Shown here in pieces: positions 11,200 through 21,734 of a DNA stretch of 64,000 nucleotides. A model generated the notes under the pieces. That model was given only the letters and a program-made list of their open reading frames with translations, made no database searches and was not told where the DNA came from. The stretch's first letter is position 1, and every line of letters starts with the position of its first letter. The DNA is from Schizosaccharomyces osmophilus (taxonomy: Eukaryota): assembly GCF_027921745.1 (NCBI RefSeq), contig NC_079240.1:2108001-2172000 (forward strand), read 5' to 3'. The translations under genes were made by a program, and so were the position numbers.

Positions 11200-13692
11200 C
11201 TAACTTAAAAGATCCGAAGGTAATTTGCCATAGTCAATTTGATCTAGAATTCCAGCTTCGCCTTCTCTAGTTACGGATATCCGCAACCTCAACTTGACCT
11301 GGGTATCTTTAGGTCCTTGAATTCGCATAGTCTGAGAAGTTTCCATCCCAGGATCCATACTTGTCGATCGAAGAGGTTGAAGTCGTAGTTTTTGAGATTT
11401 TGGGACTGCTATTTCAAGATGCACTTTTTCAACTCTTGATACTATGCTTTTATTCTTGAACCTTGCTTCTATGATAGCAGTTTTTGTAGCTTCGTCTCTT
11501 GAAGGATACAACGACAATGTAACATCGTGCTTATCATATACAAGGAGAGGTTCGTATTGCTTACTTTGAGGAGGAGTAGAGGCTGTCTGCGAATGATTAG
11601 AGCCACTCATGTCCAACGAGGCAAAGCTGTTGGCTAAAGTGTTAGCTGCCGGTTCTGCTGCAGGTGCAGGCGTGCTAAATAGCCCTAAAATATCATCAAC
11701 TTGACTCTTTTTCGGTACCGAAGTTATATTTGCAAGATCGTAAGCTGCAGTGGTATTAGCAGATGGAGTTTCATTGATAAGGGTTTCTGCCTGAGAAGCA
11801 CCTCCTAAACCAATAAGGTCTAAGAGGTCGTTAGTTTCTTCAGTTTCTTTCACCGGTTTTTTAGATGCGTTCAGTTTTTGTTCAGCGTTTTGGTAAGGAG
11901 TAATTCGTGCTGGCGGAGAAGGTGCGGGTATGGATTGCATCACAGTTCTGTCTAAGGAAGGATCTTCAATAACATGTTGGTACTCAACTGAGCGCTGTTG
12001 GACTTCAGTGTTTCTATGCTTGCCATAAAACTCGATTAGCCTTTGTATTTTGGATAATGAAGAAGAAGACTGAAAACGAGTGCTAAGTTTAATCAAAGTA
12101 TTTAGCCCATACTGAATGACAGTAGCTTGCGTGAAGTTGGTCCCTATCAATACCTCCTCAACTAGGTCCAAAATATCGTCTTCAGATATGCTTTTTGGCA
12201 AAGTATCATCGTCAAAATTCATGGAAGGAGATAATAAATATTGACCATACTCACCAATGACCCACAAGGAGGCCATGATTAAGGCCTCTTGGGAAATGTC
12301 ATCTTTCAATGCAGCATAAAGTTTGAAAATAGCGTACTCGTGGAGGTCTGGAGCACTAGCAATCAATCGAAGAAATGTTGATAAAGCAGTCTCGGATAGG
12401 AAATTACCTGCACTTTTAAATACACGTAAAAGTGTATCAAAATGCCATCTTTTGTTTGGGGCAAAAGCATTTGTAACCTCGGTGATATACTGGGCAGTTC
12501 TTGAGCGCATATCATCTGATACGGTATCTAAATACGTTAAAAGTTCACGAACCATAAATCGGACGTTGGTTTCATTCACAAGGAAAGTAGAAAGTTCTAA
12601 AGCGCGAGCTTGAATAGAGATGTCAACGTCGTAAAGGCACGAAAGAATAGTAGAACGATGACGTTGAACAGCGTTTTCCTCTGTATTTACGACACGCTTC
12701 AACATATTGAGCGCGACGTACCGGGTGTTGTTATCACGATTTCCTAAAAATTTTGCGAGAATGTTAACGCCCAAAACACGAAGGCTGCTATCCGAATCGA
12801 CATCTAAGATGGTGCGGACTGCTTGATAGAGGATTGCATTTCCAGCGTTTCGGGAAGAGTCTGTGTTACTGCAAACTTGAGCCAATATATCACTGATGCG
12901 ATCATTGACGGAAGCATCGTGTTGTGCGAATACGGATAATATTTGGAGTATTTTTATTTGCAAAAAGGGGTCAGAAACATTGCCGATATTGAGTTCAGAT
13001 GAATAGGTATTGGAAGAAAGTTGACGGAGACGGTGAATGAGGCCATCAGTATGCTCAGCAAAACGGGGAATGAGATCGGGATGGATTCTACATAATCCCA
13101 TCACAAGTGAAATATCGGACATTAGTACACCGTGACTTTTGGAATGAAGAAGCTTTTCAGCATCCAAAAGATACAGTTCAGCCAACTCTGGTTCCTTTTG
13201 TACCACACGTAAAGCACACAGAAGGGCTTTCTTGCTGACATAATTATGTGAACTGGCACAAAGCTTGGAGATAATGTTTGAAAGATCACGAGCCAATTCA
13301 GGACTGGCGATGTTGCCAAAAGCCGACAATGCAAGACTAACGATGAATTTGTTGGGTGATTGTAAATCTTGTTGAAGGGAATTCGTAAGCAAGGTTAAAA
13401 CTTCTTGATTTTCGTCTAGCAATAGCATAGCACCCAAGTATCCTAATCGTTTGTCCATAAACTGGGCACTTGAAAGCAATTTTAAGCATTCGATTTGTCC
13501 AAAATGAGTCGGTTCTCCTAACAAATACAAATACAATAACTTTGCAACATTTCTCCTCCGCATTCGCGTATCCGCTGATCCTTGGCGAATGTTTTTACGT
13601 ATCTGTGCCGATTCTTTACGAATTGCACTGTTTTCTTCCGCCGTCGTCTTCGACGCGCGCACGGCTTTAATAAACGTCTTCAAACTTGACAT
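11200..13692 (-). CDS. apl4: AP-1 adaptor complex gamma subunit
   Basis: MSSLKTFIKAVRA..HFGQIECLKLL adaptin trunk, hinge and C-terminal ear (AVPKSQKLRLQP). Confidence 0.96.
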   Translation of the reverse strand: MSSLKTFIKAVRASKTTAEENSAIRKESAQIRKNIRQGSADTRMRRRNVAKLLYLYLLGEPTHFGQIECLKLLSSAQFMDKRLGYLGAMLLLDENQEVLTLLTNSLQQDLQSPNKFIVSLALSAFGNIASPELARDLSNIISKLCASSHNYVSKKALLCALRVVQKEPELAELYLLDAEKLLHSKSHGVLMSDISLVMGLCRIHPDLIPRFAEHTDGLIHRLRQLSSNTYSSELNIGNVSDPFLQIKILQILSVFAQHDASVNDRISDILAQVCSNTDSSRNAGNAILYQAVRTILDVDSDSSLRVLGVNILAKFLGNRDNNTRYVALNMLKRVVNTEENAVQRHRSTILSCLYDVDISIQARALELSTFLVNETNVRFMVRELLTYLDTVSDDMRSRTAQYITEVTNAFAPNKRWHFDTLLRVFKSAGNFLSETALSTFLRLIASAPDLHEYAIFKLYAALKDDISQEALIMASLWVIGEYGQYLLSPSMNFDDDTLPKSISEDDILDLVEEVLIGTNFTQATVIQYGLNTLIKLSTRFQSSSSLSKIQRLIEFYGKHRNTEVQQRSVEYQHVIEDPSLDRTVMQSIPAPSPPARITPYQNAEQKLNASKKPVKETEETNDLLDLIGLGGASQAETLINETPSANTTAAYDLANITSVPKKSQVDDILGLFSTPAPAAEPAANTLANSFASLDMSGSNHSQTASTPPQSKQYEPLLVYDKHDVTLSLYPSRDEATKTAIIEARFKNKSIVSRVEKVHLEIAVPKSQKLRLQPLRSTSMDPGMETSQTMRIQGPKDTQVKLRLRISVTREGEAGILDQIDYGKLPSDLLS

Positions 13693-14121
13693 TTTTCAAG
13701 CCCAAATCAATTCTATGAAATTCCTCAAAGATCACAACTCCCCAATGTTTTGGCAAACGACAGGTTTCGTTCTGTCGCGTTTGTTGATTCGAAGAATTCC
13801 AAAATAACGCACTACGTTGGAGTATTTATATAGTGTAGTAGTTACCAGTAGGTCAATTCGTGTTGTATACTGATAGAATACTATTATGAAATTTACTGTA
13901 TGTTACCGCAGAATAATAGACAGAGAGTCGATGTAAACAAACCATTGATTGAGTAGTAAATTCATCAATTGTGAAACAAAGAGCACCTGAATTTCACATT
14001 GATCTTAAATCCTATTCACAAGATCAATGATCGAATAGGTCGTGGCATCGGACGTTATAATGTATGAGCAATTAAAGAGAGGGATGCAGAATATAAGGAT
14101 TTAGTTTACTACGACTACTTT

Positions 14122-14231
14122 GTCTACAAAAATGTCGATGCGAAAACATGGTGGTTCCCGTCTAATGCAGCAGAGGAGAATAGTTAGTAGAACGGTTGAA
14201 AAAGACATGAAATTCCGGGGTGATGCAGGCC
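14122..14231 (+). pseudogene. Degenerate 5S rRNA gene copy
   Basis: Ordered blocks GTCTAC, GCGAAAACA, GTTCCCGTC, TGCAG, GTTAGTA, GGTTG, ACATG, TCCGGGGTG, TGCAGGC match recalled fission-yeast 5S rRNA, with many substitutions and an internal deletion. Confidence 0.8.
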
Positions 14232-14381
14232 TATTTCTGCGTTGGCTTTTCAAAAGAAAACTTATAAGCTGATCGCTTCTTACTTTTGATGATGGACCTG
14301 CCTATGGTTTGTTAAATATAGTAAAGAAAGGGCTGTCATTAACGAAATAAAGTTCAATGAAGAACACAGGAGTAGCATATA

Positions 14382-14402
14382 ATATATATATATATATATA
14401 TA
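14382..14402. repeat. (AT)n microsatellite
   Basis: About 10 AT units, seen directly. Confidence 0.9.
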
Positions 14403-14624
14403 ACGAAAGGCAATCACAATATGCTCTACTGATTTGGCTCGATGTTTCCATCTTGATAGTTCAGTGATCAAAACTATTACGCACAGCCGTGCTGGGATTA
14501 GTGTATCTATGTATGTAAAAAGGAAGAACTTGAATACTTTTGATTTCAATATGCTATACATCCGTTTCACGACTTGTAAATATATGCTTGCGTGTGTGTG
14601 CGTAATTGTATACGAATTTTATGT

Positions 14625-15251
14625 TCATTGGAATCCAGAAAAACAAAACGTTATATCATACGGGGAAATTAAACCAACTGCATCACGAAGCCGTTCTTTC
14701 AATCGAATGGTTTCATTGTAGTTGTAAGGAATTTCGTATCCATCAAGATATCGAGTGCATTGGTCTCTAGTCAAGCGATCTATATCTTCAACCGAGGTAA
14801 TGCCAGGCAAATCATCATCAGGTTGGTCACCATGTAAAAATGGAATAATATTGGCTGAACATCCCATGGATCTTCGCTGAATGTTTTGTGATCTTGAAAA
14901 ATTCATCTCCAATCGGTCAAATTTCATTTCCAATCTGTCAAGTCTTCCCTCTAGTCTATCAACTTTTGCCGTCATAGCATTTGGGTCGTTCAACCAACTT
15001 TGAAACCAATGTGGAGGTTGGTTTGGAGCTTGTTCTTCTCTTTCATTCAATTGTCTTGCAAAATTGCAAATCCTATGAAATTTCTCAAGTTCATTTCGTT
15101 TATATTCAGGAGTCTGTATTTCCATTCGTCCATCTTTGTTTTCCATTTCAATTGCAAAAGCCCCCAAAAATCTATTTACTTCTGCAGAGTTTTCTTGTGC
15201 TGGTGGCGGAATGTTATAATCATTTGCAAACAATTCTGCTATTTCTTCCAT
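14625..15251 (-). CDS. Mug2/Mug135/Meu2 (DUF1773) family protein, Tdk1-like candidate meiotic driver, 208 aa
   Basis: Intronless. PPHWFQSW motif, short heptad stalk (DRLE x3), C-terminal NIQRRSMG..IPFLHG..LPGITSVEDIDRLTRDQC..YLDGY..LKERLRDAVGL typical of DUF1773. Confidence 0.88.
   Translation of the reverse strand: MEEIAELFANDYNIPPPAQENSAEVNRFLGAFAIEMENKDGRMEIQTPEYKRNELEKFHRICNFARQLNEREEQAPNQPPHWFQSWLNDPNAMTAKVDRLEGRLDRLEMKFDRLEMNFSRSQNIQRRSMGCSANIIPFLHGDQPDDDLPGITSVEDIDRLTRDQCTRYLDGYEIPYNYNETIRLKERLRDAVGLISPYDITFCFSGFQ
14908..14970 (-). repeat. Three degenerate 21-bp coding repeats (coiled-coil stalk)
   Basis: Encodes AKVDRLE/GRLDRLE/MKFDRLE. Confidence 0.75.
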
Positions 15252-17186
15252 TTTAAAGAATTTCAGTTGAATGAACTGCTACCGTAAGCATCCTCTTGTA
15301 GTTGGTTGGAAGTAGACAGATGACGATGGAACTGGTGTTTGTTTGGATTCGAGTAGTATTATATATTTTTTTTGTTTGTAGCTTTAAATCGTCGAGGCAA
15401 AATAATCGGTAATGTATAATATTATTGTAAGTTGGAATCCAATTATGAATGGCCTCACTTGTTAATACAGTAGAATGAAGTTAGTTAGAAAATATCTTCA
15501 GTAACGTCTCTGGTTATACTGGTAAAGATGTAGTTGAACATGTTGGTTAGTTCATCTGGCAAACTCTTGAGATAGGAATAGTTCGTTTTGGGGACAACTC
15601 GCACTTTGGTAGTGATTTCAAACTAACAAGGAAACAAGCAATATGCCTAAAGAGACCAAGGCAAAATTACATCTTTACGACTAATTTTTTAGGTTGATCC
15701 ATTTTTCAACGTAAGATTTTTTTTTTGTTTTCTTGTTTAAATTCTTTAGCAAGCTAACTTTGGAAATCATGACCGCCATTCATTGTCATCCATACTTCAT
15801 GTTATCGACCTAATTTCATTTTCGATTCGTAAACAAACAGCCTAAATAGAACCTAGAATTCGATCCATAGTAAATAAATTATTCTAATTCTTTCGAATTA
15901 TGTAAGTGAATAATTCGGAGTGTAAACAAATCAGAAAAAGTCAATTCTGAATAGAAGGATTTCTTTGCAACCCTTCACATTTATCCTTGGTTAACTCAGT
16001 GCATCCATTCGTATCTGACATTTCGGAATCATAGACGAACCAATGCTTTCAGCTGAACAGTCGACCTTGGACAAAATATTTCAAAGCACTTTGATAAGAG
16101 CTTGTACATATAGGCAATAAAGAAACTGCTGTTGATGATGGACAATTAAAAACGTATGGAACAACTAAGTCATCGTCAGGAAAGTGAGCTGTACAGACCT
16201 TTTCTGGGAAGCTACGAAAAAAGGCAAGAAAAGATGTTCTTTCTTTAAAAGGAATCCAATTGACGTGTTTGTTTCAACGATGCTGTTTCTAGAGGAAGCA
16301 CTTTTTCATCCACGATATTCCAAGCAGTAGGATAATTGCATACAGGAGAGTCACCTGAATCTAATTGTTTACTTTTTTGAAACGTTTCATGTCGCGTAAC
16401 AGAGTTCAGCAATCGTGTTTCTTTCACAGACGAGCTCGTAACCGACACGAATACCAAATAGAAAATAGAAAAAATAAAATAACTTAGATACTCATTTCGA
16501 ATCAAAATAAAACCATTCAGTCCAATTGGAAGGAAAATAACAAAAAACATGTTGCTCTACCAGAAAGAAACGCATCGCTTACGCAATTAAAAGTCACAAA
16601 GTAACAAATCCTTGATTTCAGTTTGTTTATTTACAAACAAGAAAAGAAGGCCTTTTCTAAAAAATAAGAAAAAAATTATATTTTCCATGAGAGACGCTTT
16701 GGACAAGTATAATAAATATGTCAGTTTTTTTAAAATGGATGTTTCTCCCTCTTGAGCTGTTATTCCATATTGAACAAAAATTCCTCAAAGTGTATAGTGC
16801 GATGAGCAGAAATATGTTTGAAGCTTCCTTGGACTAAAATTAGCCTGTAATGAAATACAAAATACATCATCGTATACTTTCCTTGTCATATTTCATTTCA
16901 CTAGACAAAGCAAGATCCTTCATCATTTTGCATTTCCCTCGCTCAAGGGTTCTTTTTCTACCTAATGAATGGTTCATAGCGCTAGTTGGTAAGATACAGC
17001 TTACTTTGCCAACAGCAGATGCCATTTTAGTTCCGTATGCATCCCTTCAAAAAAACTTTCCTTTTTCGAGAAGGGAAAGATTAGTCAAAGAATTTACCAT
17101 CAAACTGTTCTTCTTATTAAACCAGTTAACAACAAATTTCTTATATGGTATACATATAATTGTGATCAACATTCTCGACAGATCAA

Positions 17187-17258
17187 GCTCTTGTAGCTCA
17201 GTGGTAGAGCGCTTGCCTAGTAAGCAAGAGGCCCAGTGTTCGAGTCACTGCTGGAGCA
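17187..17258 (+). tRNA. tRNA-Thr(AGT)
   Basis: Cloverleaf; CTTGC-CT-AGT-AA-GCAAG anticodon arm; GTTCGA T-loop; T-run terminator. Confidence 0.97.
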
Positions 17259-17595
17259 ATCATTTTTATGAATTAATTCCAACCTTTCTTTTGATGAAGG
17301 TCATATCTATTCAGTTTTTTGTCTATTCTTTTTAAAAGGCTTGATTTCTCTTCCCTACAAACGCTTCCTGGACCAAATTGACTGAACCCTGCGATTCAGG
17401 TTTCCAGCTCGATGCTTGGTTCTCTCACTCAGTCTGCACAGACGCTGGAGGCGATCGGTTAAGATACATCTTAAAATGGAGCTAACTAACTAACTTTGTC
17501 TTTTAAAATGTAATTGACAACTCGACGTCTCAATGAACAGAATTACTCGGCTAACGAATTTCAAATGTAATAATAAACAAATCAATCTCCAACTT

Positions 17596-17613
17596 TTAGT
17601 AAGCGTGACGTCA
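17596..17613 (+). promoter_or_regulatory. Adjacent Pap1-type (TTAGTAA) and CRE/Atf1 (TGACGTCA) sites upstream of gpx1
   Basis: Exact motifs at 17596-17602 and 17606-17613, about 100 bp before ATG of an oxidative-stress gene. Confidence 0.65.
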
Positions 17614-17707
17614 CCGACAAAAAACCTTCAAATAGACTAGCTTCCGCAAATACCAACTTGACTTCTACCATACCTAAAGGAACGAAAGAAGCTTAGAAAT
17701 AACCGAA

Positions 17708-18289
17708 ATGGTCTCTCACTTTTACGATTTTGCACCTCTTGATAGAACTGGTAAGCCCTTTCCTTTTAGTGAATTGAAGGGAAAGGTTGTCTTGATTGTC
17801 AACACTGCTAGCAAATGTGGCTTTACTCCCCAATTCCAGGGCTTGGAGACATTGTACCAGAAATACAAGGAGCGTGGCTTGATGATCGTTGGTTTCCCTT
17901 GCAACCAATTTGGTGGCCAAGAACCTGGTAACAACGAAGGTATGGAATGAACTCGTTTGGTTGCAGTTGGAGTTTGTATCTTTGAACTGTAGCCAAAATG
18001 TTCGATAAAAAGTATACACAAGCTAACGAGTATAATAACAGAAGTTGCTGACTTTTGCCAAAAGAACTATGGTGTTACATTCCCCGTTTTGTCAAAGATT
18101 AACGTCAATGGTGACAACGTTGACCCCGTTTTTCAATATTTGAAGAGGGAAAAGAAGCAACTTGGTCTTGAAAGAATCAAGTGGAACTTTGAAAAATTCC
18201 TTGTTAACCGCCAAGGTCAGGTCATCGAACGCTACTCTAGTATCAGCAAGCCTGAGCATATCGAAAACGATGTTGAAAGTATCCTTTAG
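17708..18289 (+). CDS. gpx1: Glutathione peroxidase
   Basis: [24 protein letters not shown] motifs; intron 17940-18041. Confidence 0.96.
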
Positions 18290-18636
18290 ACAGTGTCCTT
18301 TGCTTCTTTTATATATATTCCCTATTGACGATTTTCCTGACCTATTTCCTCTTTGAATAGCGCGAGGATTGGCTTAATCTTTATATTATTTTTTTCGGAT
18401 GTGTATCTTATAGAAAGAAAAGAAAATGATAGTTTTCGTATTTATTTCATTTTATCCATTTTGGTTTTTTATGAATTTTTTGTACTTTGTACTTGAAAAA
18501 GTTGGCTTCTCTATTAAATCTCTTGAACACTGAAATTGAAATGCAAAACACATGAACCATGGTCGTGAAGTAGTGCACTGGAGATTTCAGAACTTCCTTT
18601 TCTGTTTTCATGCTAAACCTCGTCTTTGTGTTTTAT

Positions 18637-18912
18637 TTAAATTTCTCCTTCTTCCTGTTGAAGTATATATTCAATGTTTGCAATATCGCCAGCTCGAACC
18701 ACTGCCTTGTCTACTATACCCCAATCAGTATGAAGATGGGAGACTGCGACTTTTGATTCTGAGCTGTCTATGCCGCTAAATTCTGCTTGCAATTCTTTTT
18801 GATCATGCAGATACAGAACTACGGCCGGTGTAGACGAACTCATTTTTCGATAAAACCTAAGTGTCCTCATTCTTTGCTGGAATGCCAGACTATTGTCACT
18901 GACATCAACCAT
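18637..18912 (-). CDS. gem7: Gemin7 ortholog (SMN complex, Sm-like fold)
   Basis: Aligns by eye with Gemin7: LHD..AEFSGID..VSHLHTDWG..AVVRAGDI. Confidence 0.82.
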   Translation of the reverse strand: MVDVSDNSLAFQQRMRTLRFYRKMSSSTPAVVLYLHDQKELQAEFSGIDSSESKVAVSHLHTDWGIVDKAVVRAGDIANIEYILQQEEGEI

Positions 18913-19512
18913 TTTGAAACCAATTTTATCAAACTGTTTTTTTTTTTCTCAATCCTAAATTTTTACGAATTCGTGACGACAAATTTTCATTAGTATCAAC
19001 TCTTGACTTGTTAAACGTCAAACTGAATTGATCAACTATACAAAGTATGTTTGCAGAAATGTGCTTTTTATGTTTGAGGTAGTGTATGAATAGGCTAGGT
19101 AGGGAGCCTTCCAACCGATGGGATTCCCTAAACAAACAAAAAAATAAATATGTTGAATGAAAGTTCAACCCTTAAAAATAGACAAGAAAAGCCAATGTTT
19201 ATAGTGGTAACCTTTTTAGTTTTAATGTAATGATATATTTCTTCTACTTTAGTAAGCCTATATTGGTATTCGTTCCAGGTCGTTGTTTACAGATACGATG
19301 CATCTATGGTTGAAAACTTTTTTTTTTTTTTTTTTTCAATCTATATTCTCAATCTCATTGTTTTACTTTCTTCTTTCTGTACAATCCACACTCCACAAAT
19401 TCATGAATGTGAAACTCTGGGTATGTTTATTACAATATCATAGCATAAAGACTTTTTCCGTGCATCAAAGACAAAAATACTCCTTCTCCATTCTTCTTCT
19501 TCCATGAAGATT

Positions 19513-20471
19513 TTATTCAGAAGCGGCGGCTCTGTACCAAAGAATGCTCCTGTCGGCACCAGCAACTGCAAATCCATTGTTGTACCAAGCTACCGCCCAG
19601 ATGCCGCCGTCAACTTCATTTTTTGTACTAATACATTCCATTGTATCCATATCCCAAACCTTAACACGGCCTTCTATGTCAGCTGACAAAAGCAAGTCTC
19701 CAACAGGATTAAACGCCAATGCAAAGATCCAGGCACTGTGACCACGAAGTTGGCCTACTTGGTCTCCTGAAACAACATCGTATACTGTAATCATTTTGGA
19801 GTCTCCTGCTGCAGCTAGCAAGGAGGAACCAGGTGAAAATGCTAGACTTCGCAATGGGAGCGTGTGTCCTGACAGAGTATGGAATAATCGACCTGTTTCC
19901 GTGCTAATTAAGAATAATTGTCCTGTTTGATGTCCTGACGCAATGAATCTCCCATTTGGCGAGTACGCTGTACACAAACCGAATTTTCCTTTGGTGTCCA
20001 AGTCGGCCACCTTGATATTGCTATGTGTGTCCCATACACAAACATGTCCATCAACAGTAGTAAAGGAAATAGTTTGTGCGTCTGGACTTATACAAGCAGC
20101 CCAGCATTCTCCTGGATGTTCTACAGAATCACCTAAACACACCAAAGTTAGATACAAATAAACAAGAACGTAACGACTTTACCTAGTGATCGAGACGAAT
20201 TCGTGCTTGGGTCCCACAGGTACACGTCTTGTCCGAAACCACACGAAACGACTAGCCGTTCATCCAACGAGGTAGCCATATTATGGATTCCAATTTTGTG
20301 AGGAGTATCTATTTCTTCAACAAGTTCATGTTCTGCGCTATCCACATTCCATTGCTTAATTTTTGAATCCCCAGAACAAGACCACAATCGTCCTGAAATG
20401 ACACATAATGAATAAATATCAGCTTCGTGAGCGTTCTCTTGAATATGGCTAACTAAATACTCTCTTCTCAT
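19513..20471 (-). CDS. rec14: WD40 protein Rec14/Ski8
   Basis: MRREYL..ENAHEADIYSL start, intron 20133-20182, WD repeats, WYRAAA C-terminus. Confidence 0.93.
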
Positions 20472-21734
20472 AACCGGCAAAACAGTTTCAATGTAATAAT
20501 GTCTTTTAAATATAAAAAATTGTCTATTGTTACACGGACTTGCAATTATAGGAAGAGTTGAATCAAATACGTGCACGTTGTGTAGCTCTGGGCAAGCTCA
20601 TAGAAAGTGATACTGAATTGGAAATGAGAAGGAATATCACCGAAATTTGCAAGTTTAACAAGTTTTGAAGAAAAAAGAATAAAAGAATAGAAACGATAGT
20701 AAAAAATGGGCTAAGAAAAGACCCTTTTCCAGTCATATATTCCAATGGTTCAACAAGTGATTCCCTTTTGTACCTAAAAGACAGTAGGCTATTCTCATGA
20801 TTGTTTTTCCCTTAGCAAAAGATGTCTGCTCCTTTTTTTAAGGTAGACGTTCAGATTGTATTTCTTGGGAAATTAGTCCTTCTGCTGAAACCTGCTCCAT
20901 TTTCCTCCCAATTGTCTGAGCAATTCGATGCTAAATCTATTCTACTGAACAATTCTTTTTCTCATCATCATATCTATCATACTTATACATTAAAAATCGA
21001 ACAATGTTGACAACTTTTGTCATTGCTATTCAGTCTTCTTCTGACTATGGAAACTCTTTTTCGACAACTAAGGATAAAGAAAGCCAAAAAGAGAATGAAA
21101 GTATCGTTTCTTTTATAATATAAATCTTCTTTCCTGAACCCTTCCTTGTCAAAGTGTTTCTGCACAAACACATTCTTCAGCCATTACAATATCATACTGA
21201 CCCTATAATTCAATACGTGAGCGGGAAGAACCATCCATTAACACACCACTTTTCAATTGATCAATTGTCTCAAATTTACTGAATTTTAAGTGATTTGAAT
21301 TTGCTTCTCTACAAGAATCACAAGGGCCGAGTAAGTTTTATATCTACAAAGTTGGAAAGAGAAATTCCCAAGAATTGGTTCTTGTGCTACTCGGATTCAA
21401 ATGTGCATTTTTAAAAACCTCCAAAACAAAACGAATGCTACACTTATTTCGTTAGCATCTTTATAAATTTCAATTTGGAGCGATGGGTGTATCTGAAAAT
21501 ACGTACATGCGATTTAAGAGAACTATTTTGGCTACTAATCTTATTCAACATTTGTTTTTTCTTTCGTCAAAGACTCAATTTGTTTATTAACACATTTCTA
21601 TAGACCTTTTTCAAGGAAACCCTCCGAAAACGAGTCACTTAATAAAAGGTCAATTTGAGTACTGTGTCTCATTGACTGTTTCTATACACCTATTCACCTC
21701 ATCAAATTAATTTCCCTGTAACGCAGTTGGAAAT

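Noticed and set aside
16850..17335. 161-aa + strand ORF
   Set aside because: Runs through tRNA-Thr and AT-rich spacer; composition looks non-coding.
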